From contig DATHVH010000323.1 in assembly GCA_035461405.1 (NCBI GenBank), forward strand, positions 1,626 to 65,625: a DNA stretch of 64,000 bases, given 5' to 3'. A program made the translations under genes and the position numbers. A model generated the notes under the pieces. The model saw only the letters and a program-made list of their open reading frames with translations. It did not search any database and was not told the origin of the DNA. The DNA comes from Anditalea sp. (GTDB lineage Bacteria > Bacteroidota > Bacteroidia > Cytophagales > Cyclobacteriaceae). This document shows positions 29,859 to 40,700 of the stretch, piece by piece. The first letter of the stretch is position 1; each line of letters begins with the position of its first letter.

Positions 29859-31202
29859 TTAATAAATATCTACGTCTAACTGCCCCCTGGCTTTCAATAA
29901 ATCCAACTTGGACCCCATCAACTTAAATAAGGCATTGTAATAATTTATCCTTGAAGTTCTCAAATCTGTTTCAGCCTGGATCACCTCCAGAAAATTTTTT
30001 ATACCTGCTTCATATTGAAGGCTTATAGTATTATATATTTCTTCAGCTAATTGTTTGTTTCCTTCCAAAATATACATTTGGTATAAATTGGTTTTGTACG
30101 TGCTTAGGGCCTCCTGATGTTCACGCTGCAGTTGTAGTGCTAAATTATCCTGGGCGAGCTCCAGCTGACGTAGTTCTAGATTGGCTATCCGTATATCATG
30201 ATTTCTTTTACCCCCCTGAAAAATCGGAAAACTTAACCTTAATCCAGCCAATGAATTAGGATACGACCTATCAAATAGCTGATCTCCAAAAGGGGATTGA
30301 TAAATAATATTATAATTAAAAAAAGCACTAAGCTGAGGGATGTAAGTCCTTTTATAGAAGCTCACATTCATATCTTGGAGAGATTGCTGCAGTCTTACCT
30401 GTTGGATTTCAGGCCGCTGTGATAGGTCTACTCCCTCTAAAGTATCCACTCCAGCTTCATTTACCATTTTTTCCAAATCATAAGCCAGTACTATCTGTTC
30501 ATCAGTACTCACACCACTTAATTCTTTCAATACTGCCATTCTGACTATATAGGCTTCTTTCGATTCATAAAGTGCAGACCTCGTATTTTGGAGAGTTATA
30601 GTTGCGCGTTTGAAATCAATATTATCCGTTAGGCCAGCCTCATACAGCGATCGTGCATCCTGCAACTGCCGTTCCTGCCGCTGAAGGTCCTCTTCAGTAA
30701 TCCTGATCTGCTCTTGACTGAGCAGTACATCATAAAAAGCTTTGCTTACATCTATTTTAAAGTCAATTAAAAAAACTCTTAAACGCTGGTCTGTCTCTCT
30801 TTTTCTCAGATTTGCCTGATCTTTAGCAAGTATTAATTGATTATTAATAATAGGTTGATCAACAAAGAAATTTAAATTAGCATTATAGGGAACACCGGTT
30901 CTAACTTCCTGAAACTGTCCAGAGGTTGGATCATTAAAATCCGGAAAAATGGCCACTGGCTGTTCAAAATACCGAAAATAATCACCCTCTAAACCTGCTT
31001 GGGGAAACCAACCGGAAAGATCGGACCTGACTCTGGCATCAGTAAGTTCTCTTTCTAGCAATGTTTGCTTTAGTAATGGCTGATTTTTAAAACTAAAATC
31101 TAAAATCTCGTCCAGTGTATAGCTGGCGGTCTGTGCTTTAGCCAAAGGCAAAGCAATACAAAAGTTTATTAAGCATAAGTAGAAAATAAAGCATTTTAAC
31201 AT
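29859..31202 (-). CDS. TolC-family outer-membrane efflux protein
   Basis: OEP repeats (LYEAGL, FPIFQGG, QYEAG...LEVIQAE); likely start MLKCFIF (31202), which gives a signal peptide. Confidence 0.85.
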   Translation of the reverse strand: MLKCFIFYLCLINFCIALPLAKAQTASYTLDEILDFSFKNQPLLKQTLLERELTDARVRSDLSGWFPQAGLEGDYFRYFEQPVAIFPDFNDPTSGQFQEVRTGVPYNANLNFFVDQPIINNQLILAKDQANLRKRETDQRLRVFLIDFKIDVSKAFYDVLLSQEQIRITEEDLQRQERQLQDARSLYEAGLTDNIDFKRATITLQNTRSALYESKEAYIVRMAVLKELSGVSTDEQIVLAYDLEKMVNEAGVDTLEGVDLSQRPEIQQVRLQQSLQDMNVSFYKRTYIPQLSAFFNYNIIYQSPFGDQLFDRSYPNSLAGLRLSFPIFQGGKRNHDIRIANLELRQLELAQDNLALQLQREHQEALSTYKTNLYQMYILEGNKQLAEEIYNTISLQYEAGIKNFLEVIQAETDLRTSRINYYNALFKLMGSKLDLLKARGQLDVDIY

Positions 31203-31483
31203 ACAGAAATTCCTGTTCCAATGATTCAAAAAAAAAAGAGTGTCCTGTAAAAAACAGCTGTTACATTTATTTGTTTCAGCAAACATTAAATCCTCTCCAT
31301 AATCGTTCGGTAAAATCATCTATAAATTATGGATTTATAGATGAAAAATTGTTCCTATTATACTTAAATAAATATGGATTAAATAGTAAAAAAAATCAAA
31401 ACACCTAAGAATTTAACCCTTCCAGCTAGGTAAACTAAATCTATTTATCTAATTTTCTTACAATAAACAAACAGCCAATTATT

Positions 31484-31864
31484 ATGAGAAAACTATTCAT
31501 ACTTACATTTCTACTTTTAATATCCGCCGGATTAGCAAATGCCCAAGATGATCTTAACATCAAAGGGGAAGTCATGGTGCATGAAACTGACAATGCTGGC
31601 AAGTATTTCAGTTATGTAATCGAAAATGAAGGCGATGAAACTATAGAGGGAGGTACATACCGCATATATTTAAAAGTAAATAAAAAATATATCAGCTTTG
31701 ACCGGAACACATCTGACTTAGAGCCCGGAAAGGCTGTAAGATATGAAAGCAATAGAGTTTACCATAAAGATCCTAAAGTAGACGAATTAAAATATTCCCT
31801 AGAGCTGACACATAAAAAATCCAAAAAAAGAAAGACCTTAAAAGAAGGTATAGTAAGTCTTTAG
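31484..31864 (+). CDS. Small secreted protein, possibly CARDB/Ig-like
   Basis: Signal peptide ANA-Q; IENEGD...LEPG pattern. Confidence 0.5.
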   Translation: MRKLFILTFLLLISAGLANAQDDLNIKGEVMVHETDNAGKYFSYVIENEGDETIEGGTYRIYLKVNKKYISFDRNTSDLEPGKAVRYESNRVYHKDPKVDELKYSLELTHKKSKKRKTLKEGIVSL

Positions 31865-31984
31865 ATTAAATCCCATTTGACCACATAAGGTGGAAGATGA
31901 CAGAAATAATAGGTAGGAAGTAAGGAGAAAAAAAATATTAAAAGTTTAGTATTAAATATTTATCAATAAAATTATTGAGAACTT

Positions 31985-32014
31985 ATGGGCAGTTGATGTA
32001 ATTCAGCTGCCCAT
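31985..32014 (+). terminator. Hairpin, probable terminator
   Basis: ATGGGCAGTTGA-tgtaat-TCAGCTGCCCAT. Confidence 0.5.
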
Positions 32015-32146
32015 TAGCATTTAAATTTTTATGTCAATGCTTTCTGAAATTTGCAACGTCTAATTGGAGCTTTTTTTAATCTATGCACCGATAGGTTATT
32101 GTTACTCTATATTCCGTAAATTGGTAGAAATTCAATTTACTAATAT

Positions 32147-33202
32147 ATGCAGCTTTTCAAGTGCGATAATTGTCAGCATCCGGTATATTTCGATAACACT
32201 TTTTGTAGCAAATGCCAATATCTTCTTGGATTTGATGGTATAGGTTTAACAATGGTATCACTACAACCTAGTTCATTAAAATCAGTAGTATCAGGAGCTA
32301 AATACCATTACTGTATTAATTACCTGCAAGGTGTCTGCAATTGGATCATCCCCGATACCGATCCTGCTACCATCTGTATTGCCTGCTCACCTAACAGGAC
32401 TGTACCCAATTCATCCAATCCAAAACATCTCGAAAGATGGAAAACTATCGAACAAGCTAAACACCGATTGATCTATGCCCTTTTAAGATGGAACCTACCT
32501 GTTAAAAGTAAGTTATCAGATCCTGAAAATGGATTGGCTTTTGACTTTAAATCTGATGATTACCTTCCGGAAGGGCAGAGAGTTTTGACTGGCCATGCAA
32601 GTGGGCTAATTACCATGAATATAGCTGAAGCCGACGATGTGGAGCGGGAAATGGCCAAAAAGGATATGGATGAAGTATATAGGACAGTATTAGGACATTT
32701 TAGACATGAAATCGGACATTATTATTGGGATCTGCTTATTGCAGATTCTGAATTTATAGAAGAATTTCGAAAGCTATATGGTGATGAAAGATCAAGTTAT
32801 CAAGAGGCGCTCGAAAAATACTATAAAGACGGTGCGCCAGTTGACTGGAGTAAAAATTTTATAAGTGCCTATGCCACTATGCATCCTTGGGAAAGTTGGG
32901 CAGAGACTTGGGCCCACTATATGCATATTACCGATACGCTAGAAACAGCCTATTCCTTTGGTCTTACCATCCACCCAAAAGTGGCTCCAGAAGAAGCTGG
33001 CTTATCTGCTACTATAGATGAAAACGCTTATGACTGTAAGGATTTTAAAAAAATCTATAAATACTGGCTACCCCTATCTATAATGATGAATAGCTTAAAC
33101 CGCAGCATGGGAGCTAATGACCTCTATCCGTTTGTCATCAATCCTTCTGTCAAAGAAAAGCTGAAGTTTATACACAAAGTCATTTGTAATAGAAAAAAAT
33201 AA
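32147..33202 (+). CDS. Zinc-ribbon plus putative zinc-binding metallopeptidase (Peptidase_Mx/DUF2248-like)
   Basis: CxxC pairs at N-terminus, HFRHEIGHYYW, HPWESWAETWAHY. Confidence 0.85.
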   Translation: MQLFKCDNCQHPVYFDNTFCSKCQYLLGFDGIGLTMVSLQPSSLKSVVSGAKYHYCINYLQGVCNWIIPDTDPATICIACSPNRTVPNSSNPKHLERWKTIEQAKHRLIYALLRWNLPVKSKLSDPENGLAFDFKSDDYLPEGQRVLTGHASGLITMNIAEADDVEREMAKKDMDEVYRTVLGHFRHEIGHYYWDLLIADSEFIEEFRKLYGDERSSYQEALEKYYKDGAPVDWSKNFISAYATMHPWESWAETWAHYMHITDTLETAYSFGLTIHPKVAPEEAGLSATIDENAYDCKDFKKIYKYWLPLSIMMNSLNRSMGANDLYPFVINPSVKEKLKFIHKVICNRKK

Positions 33203-33230
33203 AGCTCTTTAGAATGTAAAATAAGGAATA

Positions 33231-33734
33231 ATGAATACAGACGAAAATTATAAAATCCCTGCTCAAACGAGAATCGGACATGTACATTTAAAGGTATCAG
33301 ACCTGCAGCGATCTATTGATTTTTATTGTGGTTTATTGGGTTTTGAACTTACCCAAAAATACGGTGAGGATGCAGCTTTTATTTCTGCCGGAGGTTATCA
33401 TCACCATATCGGTCTCAATGTTTGGTTTAGTAAAGGTGGAAGTCCTGCACCTCAATCCTCGCCGGGGCTATTTCATACCGCAATACTCTACCCCACGAGA
33501 AAAGACCTTGCTGAAATTTTTATCCGAATTCAAAGGGCAGGTTATCCCTTTACCGGAGCATCAGACCATGGGGTATCTGAAGCGCTTTACCTAAATGACC
33601 CTGATCAAAATGGAGTAGAGTTATATTGGGACAAACCCGTGGAGGAATGGCCCAAAAATAGCCATGGGGCACTAGAAATGTTTACTAAGAGATTAGACTT
33701 GGATAATCTTATATCCGAAACATTAAGACAATAA
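33231..33734 (+). CDS. VOC/glyoxalase family protein (CatE-like)
   Basis: IGHVHLKV, GGYHHHIGLNVW, SDHGVSEALYLNDPD. Confidence 0.85.
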   Translation: MNTDENYKIPAQTRIGHVHLKVSDLQRSIDFYCGLLGFELTQKYGEDAAFISAGGYHHHIGLNVWFSKGGSPAPQSSPGLFHTAILYPTRKDLAEIFIRIQRAGYPFTGASDHGVSEALYLNDPDQNGVELYWDKPVEEWPKNSHGALEMFTKRLDLDNLISETLRQ

Positions 33735-33892
33735 ATAAACTATTTTCTATAAACATTTTTCAAAAAGAAGAAGTGCAGGGGCAATTAATCCTTTTGAAAA
33801 AAAAATCTAAAAACTTAAACAAAATCTTTCCGATCCACATTTTAATTGGTAGTGATTATATAAAATTATTTATAGAACTTCTCCTACATAAA

Positions 33893-34315
33893 ATGGCCAA
33901 TACAATAGATTTGTCAAGGTTTCTAATAGCCCAAGAAGAAATATATGGACAGGTAGTATTTGAACTTAAAACAGGTCAAAAACGAAGTCACTGGATGTGG
34001 TTTATTTTCCCCCAAATTAAAGGACTAGGCTTAAGTTCTACTGCAAAATACTTTGCCCTAAAGGATATTGAAGAAGCAAGGGCATATTACAATCACCCTA
34101 TTCTGGGAGGACGGCTTCTGGAATGCACTAAATTGCTCAATAATATAGAAAATCCTGATGTGGACTATATTTTTGGGTATCCTGACAATCTAAAATTGAA
34201 ATCCTCGCTCACATTATTTATGGAAGCCACCTCAGACCCTCTATTTGAAGAGGCTTTAAACCATTATTTTCATGGAATTAAAGATGAGCACACCTTACAA
34301 ATCCTTAATCACTAA
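33893..34315 (+). CDS. DUF1810 family protein
   Basis: LSRFLIAQ, GQKRSHWMWFIFPQ, IFGYPD; start placed at MANTIDL (33893). Confidence 0.85.
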   Translation: MANTIDLSRFLIAQEEIYGQVVFELKTGQKRSHWMWFIFPQIKGLGLSSTAKYFALKDIEEARAYYNHPILGGRLLECTKLLNNIENPDVDYIFGYPDNLKLKSSLTLFMEATSDPLFEEALNHYFHGIKDEHTLQILNH

Positions 34316-34566
34316 ATGGAACTGTCATTTTTATGTACCCCATTCTCTACTCAAAATAGCTGTTTCGGCTTCCAAACTGTTTTAAAAATTTCAAATAAAA
34401 CGCAATCCTAAGATCCATTCTGAATCAAGTGTCATAAACAAAACCTTGCCCACACCTTTTTATCTAGTAGGCATTTTATTATTTTATAAAAATCCACCTC
34501 TAAGAAATTTGCTTCCTAAAATAGTAAGCAGCTACATATTAGTTATTTAATACAATAAAATACATA

Positions 34567-35331
34567 ATGAACGAATTAGAAAAATATTTTAAAGAAAACG
34601 ATGGTAGGCTTATACATAAATGGAATCATTATTTTGATGTATATGATAGACATTTTTCGAGGTTTCGGAACAAAGAAATCACTATCTTGGAAATAGGAGT
34701 TTCCCAAGGCGGTAGTCTCCAAATGTGGAAGGATTACTTTGGTCCTAAAGCTAAGATCTATGGTATTGATGTAAATCCACTGTGTAAACAACTCGAAGAA
34801 GAAAACATTAAAATATTTATAGGCTCCCAGTCTGACCGGAAATTTTTGAATAGCGTAAAAAATTCGATACCTCAGGTAGATATATTGATTGACGATGGTG
34901 GTCATACTATGGAGCAACAGATAGTCACGTTTGAAGAAATGTTTGACCATGTAAAGGATGATGGAGTCTACTTAGCAGAGGACCTTCATACTTCCTATTG
35001 GTTACGATTTGGTGGTGGCTTCCAGAGGGACGGAACCTTCATAGAATATAGCAAACAATTTATAGATTATTTAAATGCCCATCATTCTGAGCAAAAGGGT
35101 CTAAAAGTAAATAATGTAACCGAATCGGTGGATTCCATTCATTATTATGACAGTATATTAGTCTTAGAAAAAAAGAGACGTAGAGCGCCTTACCATGAAC
35201 AGACTGGAACCCCAAGTTTTGAATTAATTCCTGATAAAAACAATATACTTACAAGAACAAAAAAAGGCGCTATTAAAGCTATCAATATAGGTCTAAGGTA
35301 CTTTAATCTAAAAAGCTTTATTTGGAAATGA
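34567..35331 (+). CDS. Class I SAM-dependent methyltransferase (MycE/Methyltransf_24-like)
   Basis: LEIGVSQGGS, GIDVNP, IDDGGH, EDLHTSYW. Confidence 0.85.
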   Translation: MNELEKYFKENDGRLIHKWNHYFDVYDRHFSRFRNKEITILEIGVSQGGSLQMWKDYFGPKAKIYGIDVNPLCKQLEEENIKIFIGSQSDRKFLNSVKNSIPQVDILIDDGGHTMEQQIVTFEEMFDHVKDDGVYLAEDLHTSYWLRFGGGFQRDGTFIEYSKQFIDYLNAHHSEQKGLKVNNVTESVDSIHYYDSILVLEKKRRRAPYHEQTGTPSFELIPDKNNILTRTKKGAIKAINIGLRYFNLKSFIWK

Positions 35332-35523
35332 TTTATATTAAATGGCACAGGTATATATCCTCCCATTAGAGTACGTGTCAAAGCCCATAGCTGATAGACA
35401 ACAGTTGAGTTTTCTATAGTTTAAAAACTATAAAGTGCATTTCCTTAAGACAATGTAACCAGGATAATTTATCTGCTGGAGTAAATTCCTATAGCTAAAA
35501 ATAATATATAAATCTTATTTGGT

Positions 35524-36030
35524 ATGACTAACAATCCACCCTACCCTAGAGCTTTTTCCCATATTGGCATTACCGTACCTGATTTAGAAGCTGCTGTAAA
35601 ATTCTATACCGAAATAATGGGCTGGTATGTGATAATGCCTCCTACTGATATTGAAGAGGAAAGTGATACGGCCATTGGCCAAATGTGCATAGATGTATTT
35701 GGTAAAGGGTGGGGTTCTTTTAAAATCGCACACCTTTCTACAGCAGATAAGATAGGAATAGAATTGTTTAGCTTCCCTGCAACAGAAAATAAAAAACCTG
35801 AATTTAATCCATTCCAAACAGGTCTGTTCCATTTCTGTGTGCAGGATCCTGATATAGAAGGTCTGATAGAAAAAATAGAAGCCAGTGGCGGCAAAAAACG
35901 AATGCCGATAAGAGAATATTATCCTAATGAAAAGCCTTTTAGGATGTGCTATGTGGAAGATCCATTTGGGGTAGTTTTTGAAATATACACCCATAGCTAC
36001 GAATTGACATATTCTCCTGGAGCATATTGA
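35524..36030 (+). CDS. Lactoylglutathione-lyase-like VOC protein
   Basis: YPRAFSHIGITVPD, IGIELF, FHFCVQDPD, EDPFG...EIY. Confidence 0.85.
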   Translation: MTNNPPYPRAFSHIGITVPDLEAAVKFYTEIMGWYVIMPPTDIEEESDTAIGQMCIDVFGKGWGSFKIAHLSTADKIGIELFSFPATENKKPEFNPFQTGLFHFCVQDPDIEGLIEKIEASGGKKRMPIREYYPNEKPFRMCYVEDPFGVVFEIYTHSYELTYSPGAY

Positions 36031-36039
36031 CCCATCTCA

Positions 36040-36070
36040 TCTTTAAAGAATTAATCTTTAAAGATTTTTT
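36040..36070 (+). terminator. Intrinsic terminator
   Basis: ATCTTTAAAGA-attaa-TCTTTAAAGAT followed by a T run. Confidence 0.65.
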
Positions 36071-36159
36071 TATTTGTAATAGGCAGAGAAATCAAAACAA
36101 TGATTTCTTTTGAGTGTTCCATGGCGAAACAATTCAATTTCTATTAAATTATTTCCCTC

Positions 36160-36795
36160 ATGCACCTTACAAAAGCAGCAATCAGCCAGACCGAAAAAAT
36201 CAAAAGACTAAATATCATCAATTCTATTTCAGGAGTAAAGCCTGCAAATTTAATAGGCACTGCTTCTAGTACGAAGAAAAGCAATCTAGCAATATTCAGT
36301 TCTGTAATTCATCTCGGTAGTGATCCAGCGCTACTCGGTTTTATTTTAAGGCCAAAAGGTGAACAACCTCGTCACACCTATGAAAACATATTAGAGACAG
36401 GTTATTATACTATCAACCAAGTTCATGAATATATTACAGCACAGTCCCATTTTACGGCGGCTAAATTTGATAAAGAAGAATCAGAATTTGAAAAATGCAA
36501 ATTGACTGAAGAATTCAAATTTGATTTTCATGCTCCCTTTGTTAAGGAAAGTCTATTAAAAATTGGAATGAAGTATATAGAAAGTATACCTATAGAGATT
36601 AATGGAACTACACTGGTGATAGGTGAAATCCAACACTTAGAGGTAGAGGATGATGCCGTAGATGAAGAAGGGTATATTGATTATGAAGTTTTAAATTCTG
36701 CTGGAATAGTGGGATTAAATAACTATTATACATTAAAGAAAAGTGCAGCTTATCCCTATCCCCGTCCTTCAGGACTACCAAATTTCATTAAATGA
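36160..36795 (+). CDS. Flavin reductase-like FMN-binding protein
   Basis: NLAIFSSVIHLGS, RHTYENI, APFVKES. Confidence 0.8.
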   Translation: MHLTKAAISQTEKIKRLNIINSISGVKPANLIGTASSTKKSNLAIFSSVIHLGSDPALLGFILRPKGEQPRHTYENILETGYYTINQVHEYITAQSHFTAAKFDKEESEFEKCKLTEEFKFDFHAPFVKESLLKIGMKYIESIPIEINGTTLVIGEIQHLEVEDDAVDEEGYIDYEVLNSAGIVGLNNYYTLKKSAAYPYPRPSGLPNFIK

Positions 36796-36835
36796 TAGTT
36801 ATACTGAAGGGTAGTTAGATCATTATAACACCGTA

Positions 36836-37630
36836 TTATGGTAATATTTTCTTTAATTCTTCCTGGTAGACAGTGTTTTGAGTTATTCCATTATGCCCTT
36901 GACCTTCCAATAGTATCACTTCGATAGTTTGATTCTCTTCCTTTAGCTTTAAAGAAGACGCATGATAAATAATATCATCATCCGTCCCATGAAATACTAC
37001 TATTGGTGAATCCACTTCTTGGATAAACTGGTAGGTCGGGAATTTATATTTGAGCAATAATGTAGGTATAAATGGATAAGTATTACGCATCAAATCCGTG
37101 AGGCTATAATATGGCGCTTGCAAAATCAATAATGCTGGACGGTTATCCGCGGCTAGTTTTGTGGCTGGCCCAGTACCTATAGAATATCCCAGAACTACTA
37201 TTTTATCCTCATTGTATTTATTTCTTAAAGTATCATAAGCAGTTTGGATATCCCTATAAAACTGCTCTTCTCCTGATATAGCACCTGCACTTTTGCCATA
37301 TCCCCTATAATCAAGCAAATACACATCATAATAAAGATCATTATAGGTCTTTGCTACCGAGGACCAGTTGAGAAGTGATCCTGCATTTCCATGAAGATAG
37401 AATATTACGCCTCTGGGGTTATTTACTTTAAACAATAGGCTGTGCAGAAGTACATCATCTTCTGTTTGGACATATATTTCATCAAAGGTTTGATCAAAAT
37501 CGAACTGGTAATGCTTTTCTAACTTCTGAGGGAAAAATATGAGACTTTCTTGAAATACGTAAAGAAACCCGCATAGCAATAGGTATACGATCAATATATT
37601 TCTAAGTAATATAAATAGTGAATATTTCAC
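36836..37630 (-). CDS. Alpha/beta hydrolase (ABHD17/Bem46-like)
   Basis: LHGNAG, DYRGYGKS, GYSIG nucleophile, HGTDD, GHN. Confidence 0.9.
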   Translation of the reverse strand: MKYSLFILLRNILIVYLLLCGFLYVFQESLIFFPQKLEKHYQFDFDQTFDEIYVQTEDDVLLHSLLFKVNNPRGVIFYLHGNAGSLLNWSSVAKTYNDLYYDVYLLDYRGYGKSAGAISGEEQFYRDIQTAYDTLRNKYNEDKIVVLGYSIGTGPATKLAADNRPALLILQAPYYSLTDLMRNTYPFIPTLLLKYKFPTYQFIQEVDSPIVVFHGTDDDIIYHASSLKLKEENQTIEVILLEGQGHNGITQNTVYQEELKKILP

Positions 37631-37755
37631 TTAACCATTTACTCCATTAGATCATCGAAAGTTTTGCATACTCCATAAAAATTAAATCTAAATTGGCTAC
37701 TCAAATATCGCATTCCTCATTAATATAATTATATTGGACACCTATTGTATATTAT

Positions 37756-40700
37756 ATGAATATCTGCAAGTCCATATCGTTCATATTATTAAGTCTCTTC
37801 TGGTTAGAAGTAAATGGGCAATCATCATCTCATGAATACCTTTTTAAAAGTTTAGAAGAAAACAGAGGGCTATCAAATAGCAATGTCCAAACCATAATCA
37901 AAGATCAAAATGGATTTATGTGGTTCGGTACTGCTAATGGACTCAATAGATTTGATGGTAATAAGATCCGAACTTTTTACAGTGACATTAGTGATACCAC
38001 CTGTCTCACCAATAGCTCCATATCTAAATTATATAATGGTCCCGAAAATAATCTTTGGGTTAAGAATGTCGATGGTAATTTCAACATCTATATAAGTGAT
38101 AAAGAGATTTTTGACAGAAATATTGGCAACTACGCATCTCTATACTCCCTGAAAAGCGATCGTGTTAATTTTGTATTAAAGGATAGTTACAACCGTTTTT
38201 GGTTTGGCCATCCATTCGAAGGAATATCGGTTTTTGATCCGGGAAAAGATGAAACCTCCTATTTATACCAAAATTCTAAAGCCACAGATGCATTATCCTA
38301 TAACCATGTATCCTCGATAGCAGAAGGGAAAAACAATGAAATGTGGGTAACTTTTCAAAATGGAACTGTAGATGTAGTAGATGGTACCACGTTCAAAACA
38401 ATTAGAAAATATAAGTTGGCTAATTACTTAGATTCTGGTTTAAGTTATGAGCTTGAAGTTTTTGTAGATGCTGATGGGGATGGATGGCTCTATTTTCCTG
38501 ACAATGCTTTTGGATTAACTCATATAAATGCATCTACCGGTAAAATAACCCAAATAGATGAACACTCTGATACTTTTGCTCTTTACAATAATCTGGTAAA
38601 AGGGGTGACGGAAAACAAGCCTGGAGAAATTTGGGTAGGAACAGACCATGGAGGATTGAATATTATAGACAAGGAGAAAAAGGAAATTAAATACATAACT
38701 CATGATCCAAACATAAGTCAGAGTTTATCCAGTAATTCGATTTTTTCTTTATATAAAGACGATGAAGATATCATTTGGATCGGGACTCATAAACAGGGCT
38801 TAAATTATTATCACCAAGGAATATTAAGTTTCACCCACATCAGAAGAAATTCGAATGTTACTAATTCATTACCATCAAATGATATAAATGCTTTTGTAGA
38901 AGATACTCTTGGTAATCTTTATCTGGGTACAAACGGAGCAGGATTAATTTATCATGACAGGAAAAACGACACCTACCGCACCTATATAAATAATCCTAAT
39001 GATCCCTTCAGTTTAGCGGGAGACGTAATTGTGGATTTGCTGATTGATCATGAAGGGATTCTCTGGATAGGCACATATATGAACGGGCTTAGTAAGTTTG
39101 ATGGAAAGACTTTTCACAATTATAACCATGACCCCTATGATCCTAATAGCCTATCAGATGTAAACGTATGGAAATTATATGAAGACAGCCATAAAAGATT
39201 GTGGGTGGGAACATTGCGAAAAGGTCTAAACCTATTTGATAGGCGTAATAATAATTTCCAACACTATCCAGTTTTAGGAGATGTCTTTCGGTTAAATAAT
39301 CAATATATTTCCTCATTTGTAGAAGATAAAGAGGGAAATCTATGGGTAGGAGGAGGCTATGGTATAGATATTATTAATCTTGACACAAAATTTCATCGCT
39401 ATATATCAGCGTCTGATGAAAATTCAGGTTTAGTGGGAAATAATATCTCTGAACTGATCATAGATCAAAAAGGTATAATTTGGGCCACTACCTCACAGGC
39501 TTTGAATTATTATGATCCCGAAAAAGAAAAATTTATTGCCTATAATCAAAAGGATGGGCTCTCATCGGACTACTTGATATCCATCCAAGAAGATGACCGC
39601 AATAATTTTTGGATCAGTTCACAGAAAGGACTCACTTATGCTACAGTAGATAGGACTGAAAACGACAGATATAAAATTAATTTTAAGAATTTTAATGAAA
39701 AGCACGGATTACAGGCCGCGTTCTTCAATAAAAACGCTTCCTTGAAAACTAGTTACGGTGAGTTTTTATTCGGTGGGCCAAATGGATATAACCTATTCTA
39801 TTCTGACAATATAATTTATGATCAAAAGGAAATAAAAATACTGTTTACAGATTTTCAGTTATTTAACAAATCAGTACCCATAGGAAATCATCCCAATGGA
39901 AGGCAGATTTTAGATAAAACTATTACCAATACAGATCACATTAAACTAAAGCATGATGAAAATATATTTTCATTAGATTTCTCTACTTTAAACCTTGTAC
40001 AAGATGAAAAATTAAATTTTAGATATAAGCTGGAGGGATTTAATGAAGAATGGATTATCATATCAGAACCACCTTATCGAGTAGCTTATACCAATCTGGA
40101 TCCAGGAGCTTACCGATTGGTGGTACAGCCTGCCAATAGTGATGGACAATGGAGTGCGAAAGAGTATGCTATGAATATCACCATTCTTGCTCCATTTTGG
40201 AAGACGCCGTACGCCTATCTAATTTATACCATCATTATAGTATTTGGTATTTTTCTGGCCAGAAAGCAACTCTTGCATAATGAAAGAGAAAAATTCAGAC
40301 GCTTAGAAGAGAGTAGGGAAACCAGAAGAATAAAAGAACTGGATAAATTAAAAACTAAATTTTTTACCAATATCAGTCATGAGTTTAGAACTCCTCTTAC
40401 ACTAATCCTGGCTCCTATCGAAAAACTGTCAAAAAACAATACTTCAGAGGAAGACAGGCACCAATTTCAAACCCTTCAAAAAAATGCTAAACGCCTACTG
40501 AATCTCGTAAATCAGTTATTGGATATCAAAAATATTGAAAAAGAGGGTTTACACTTTAATCCATTCGAAGGGGATATAATATCCTTTATAGAAGAGACTG
40601 TATGGGCATTTTCTGAACTGTCAGAGAAAAAGCATATTCAGTTAAAATTAAAAACTGATGTATCCTATCTTCACACCCAATTTGATGCAGAGAAATTGGA

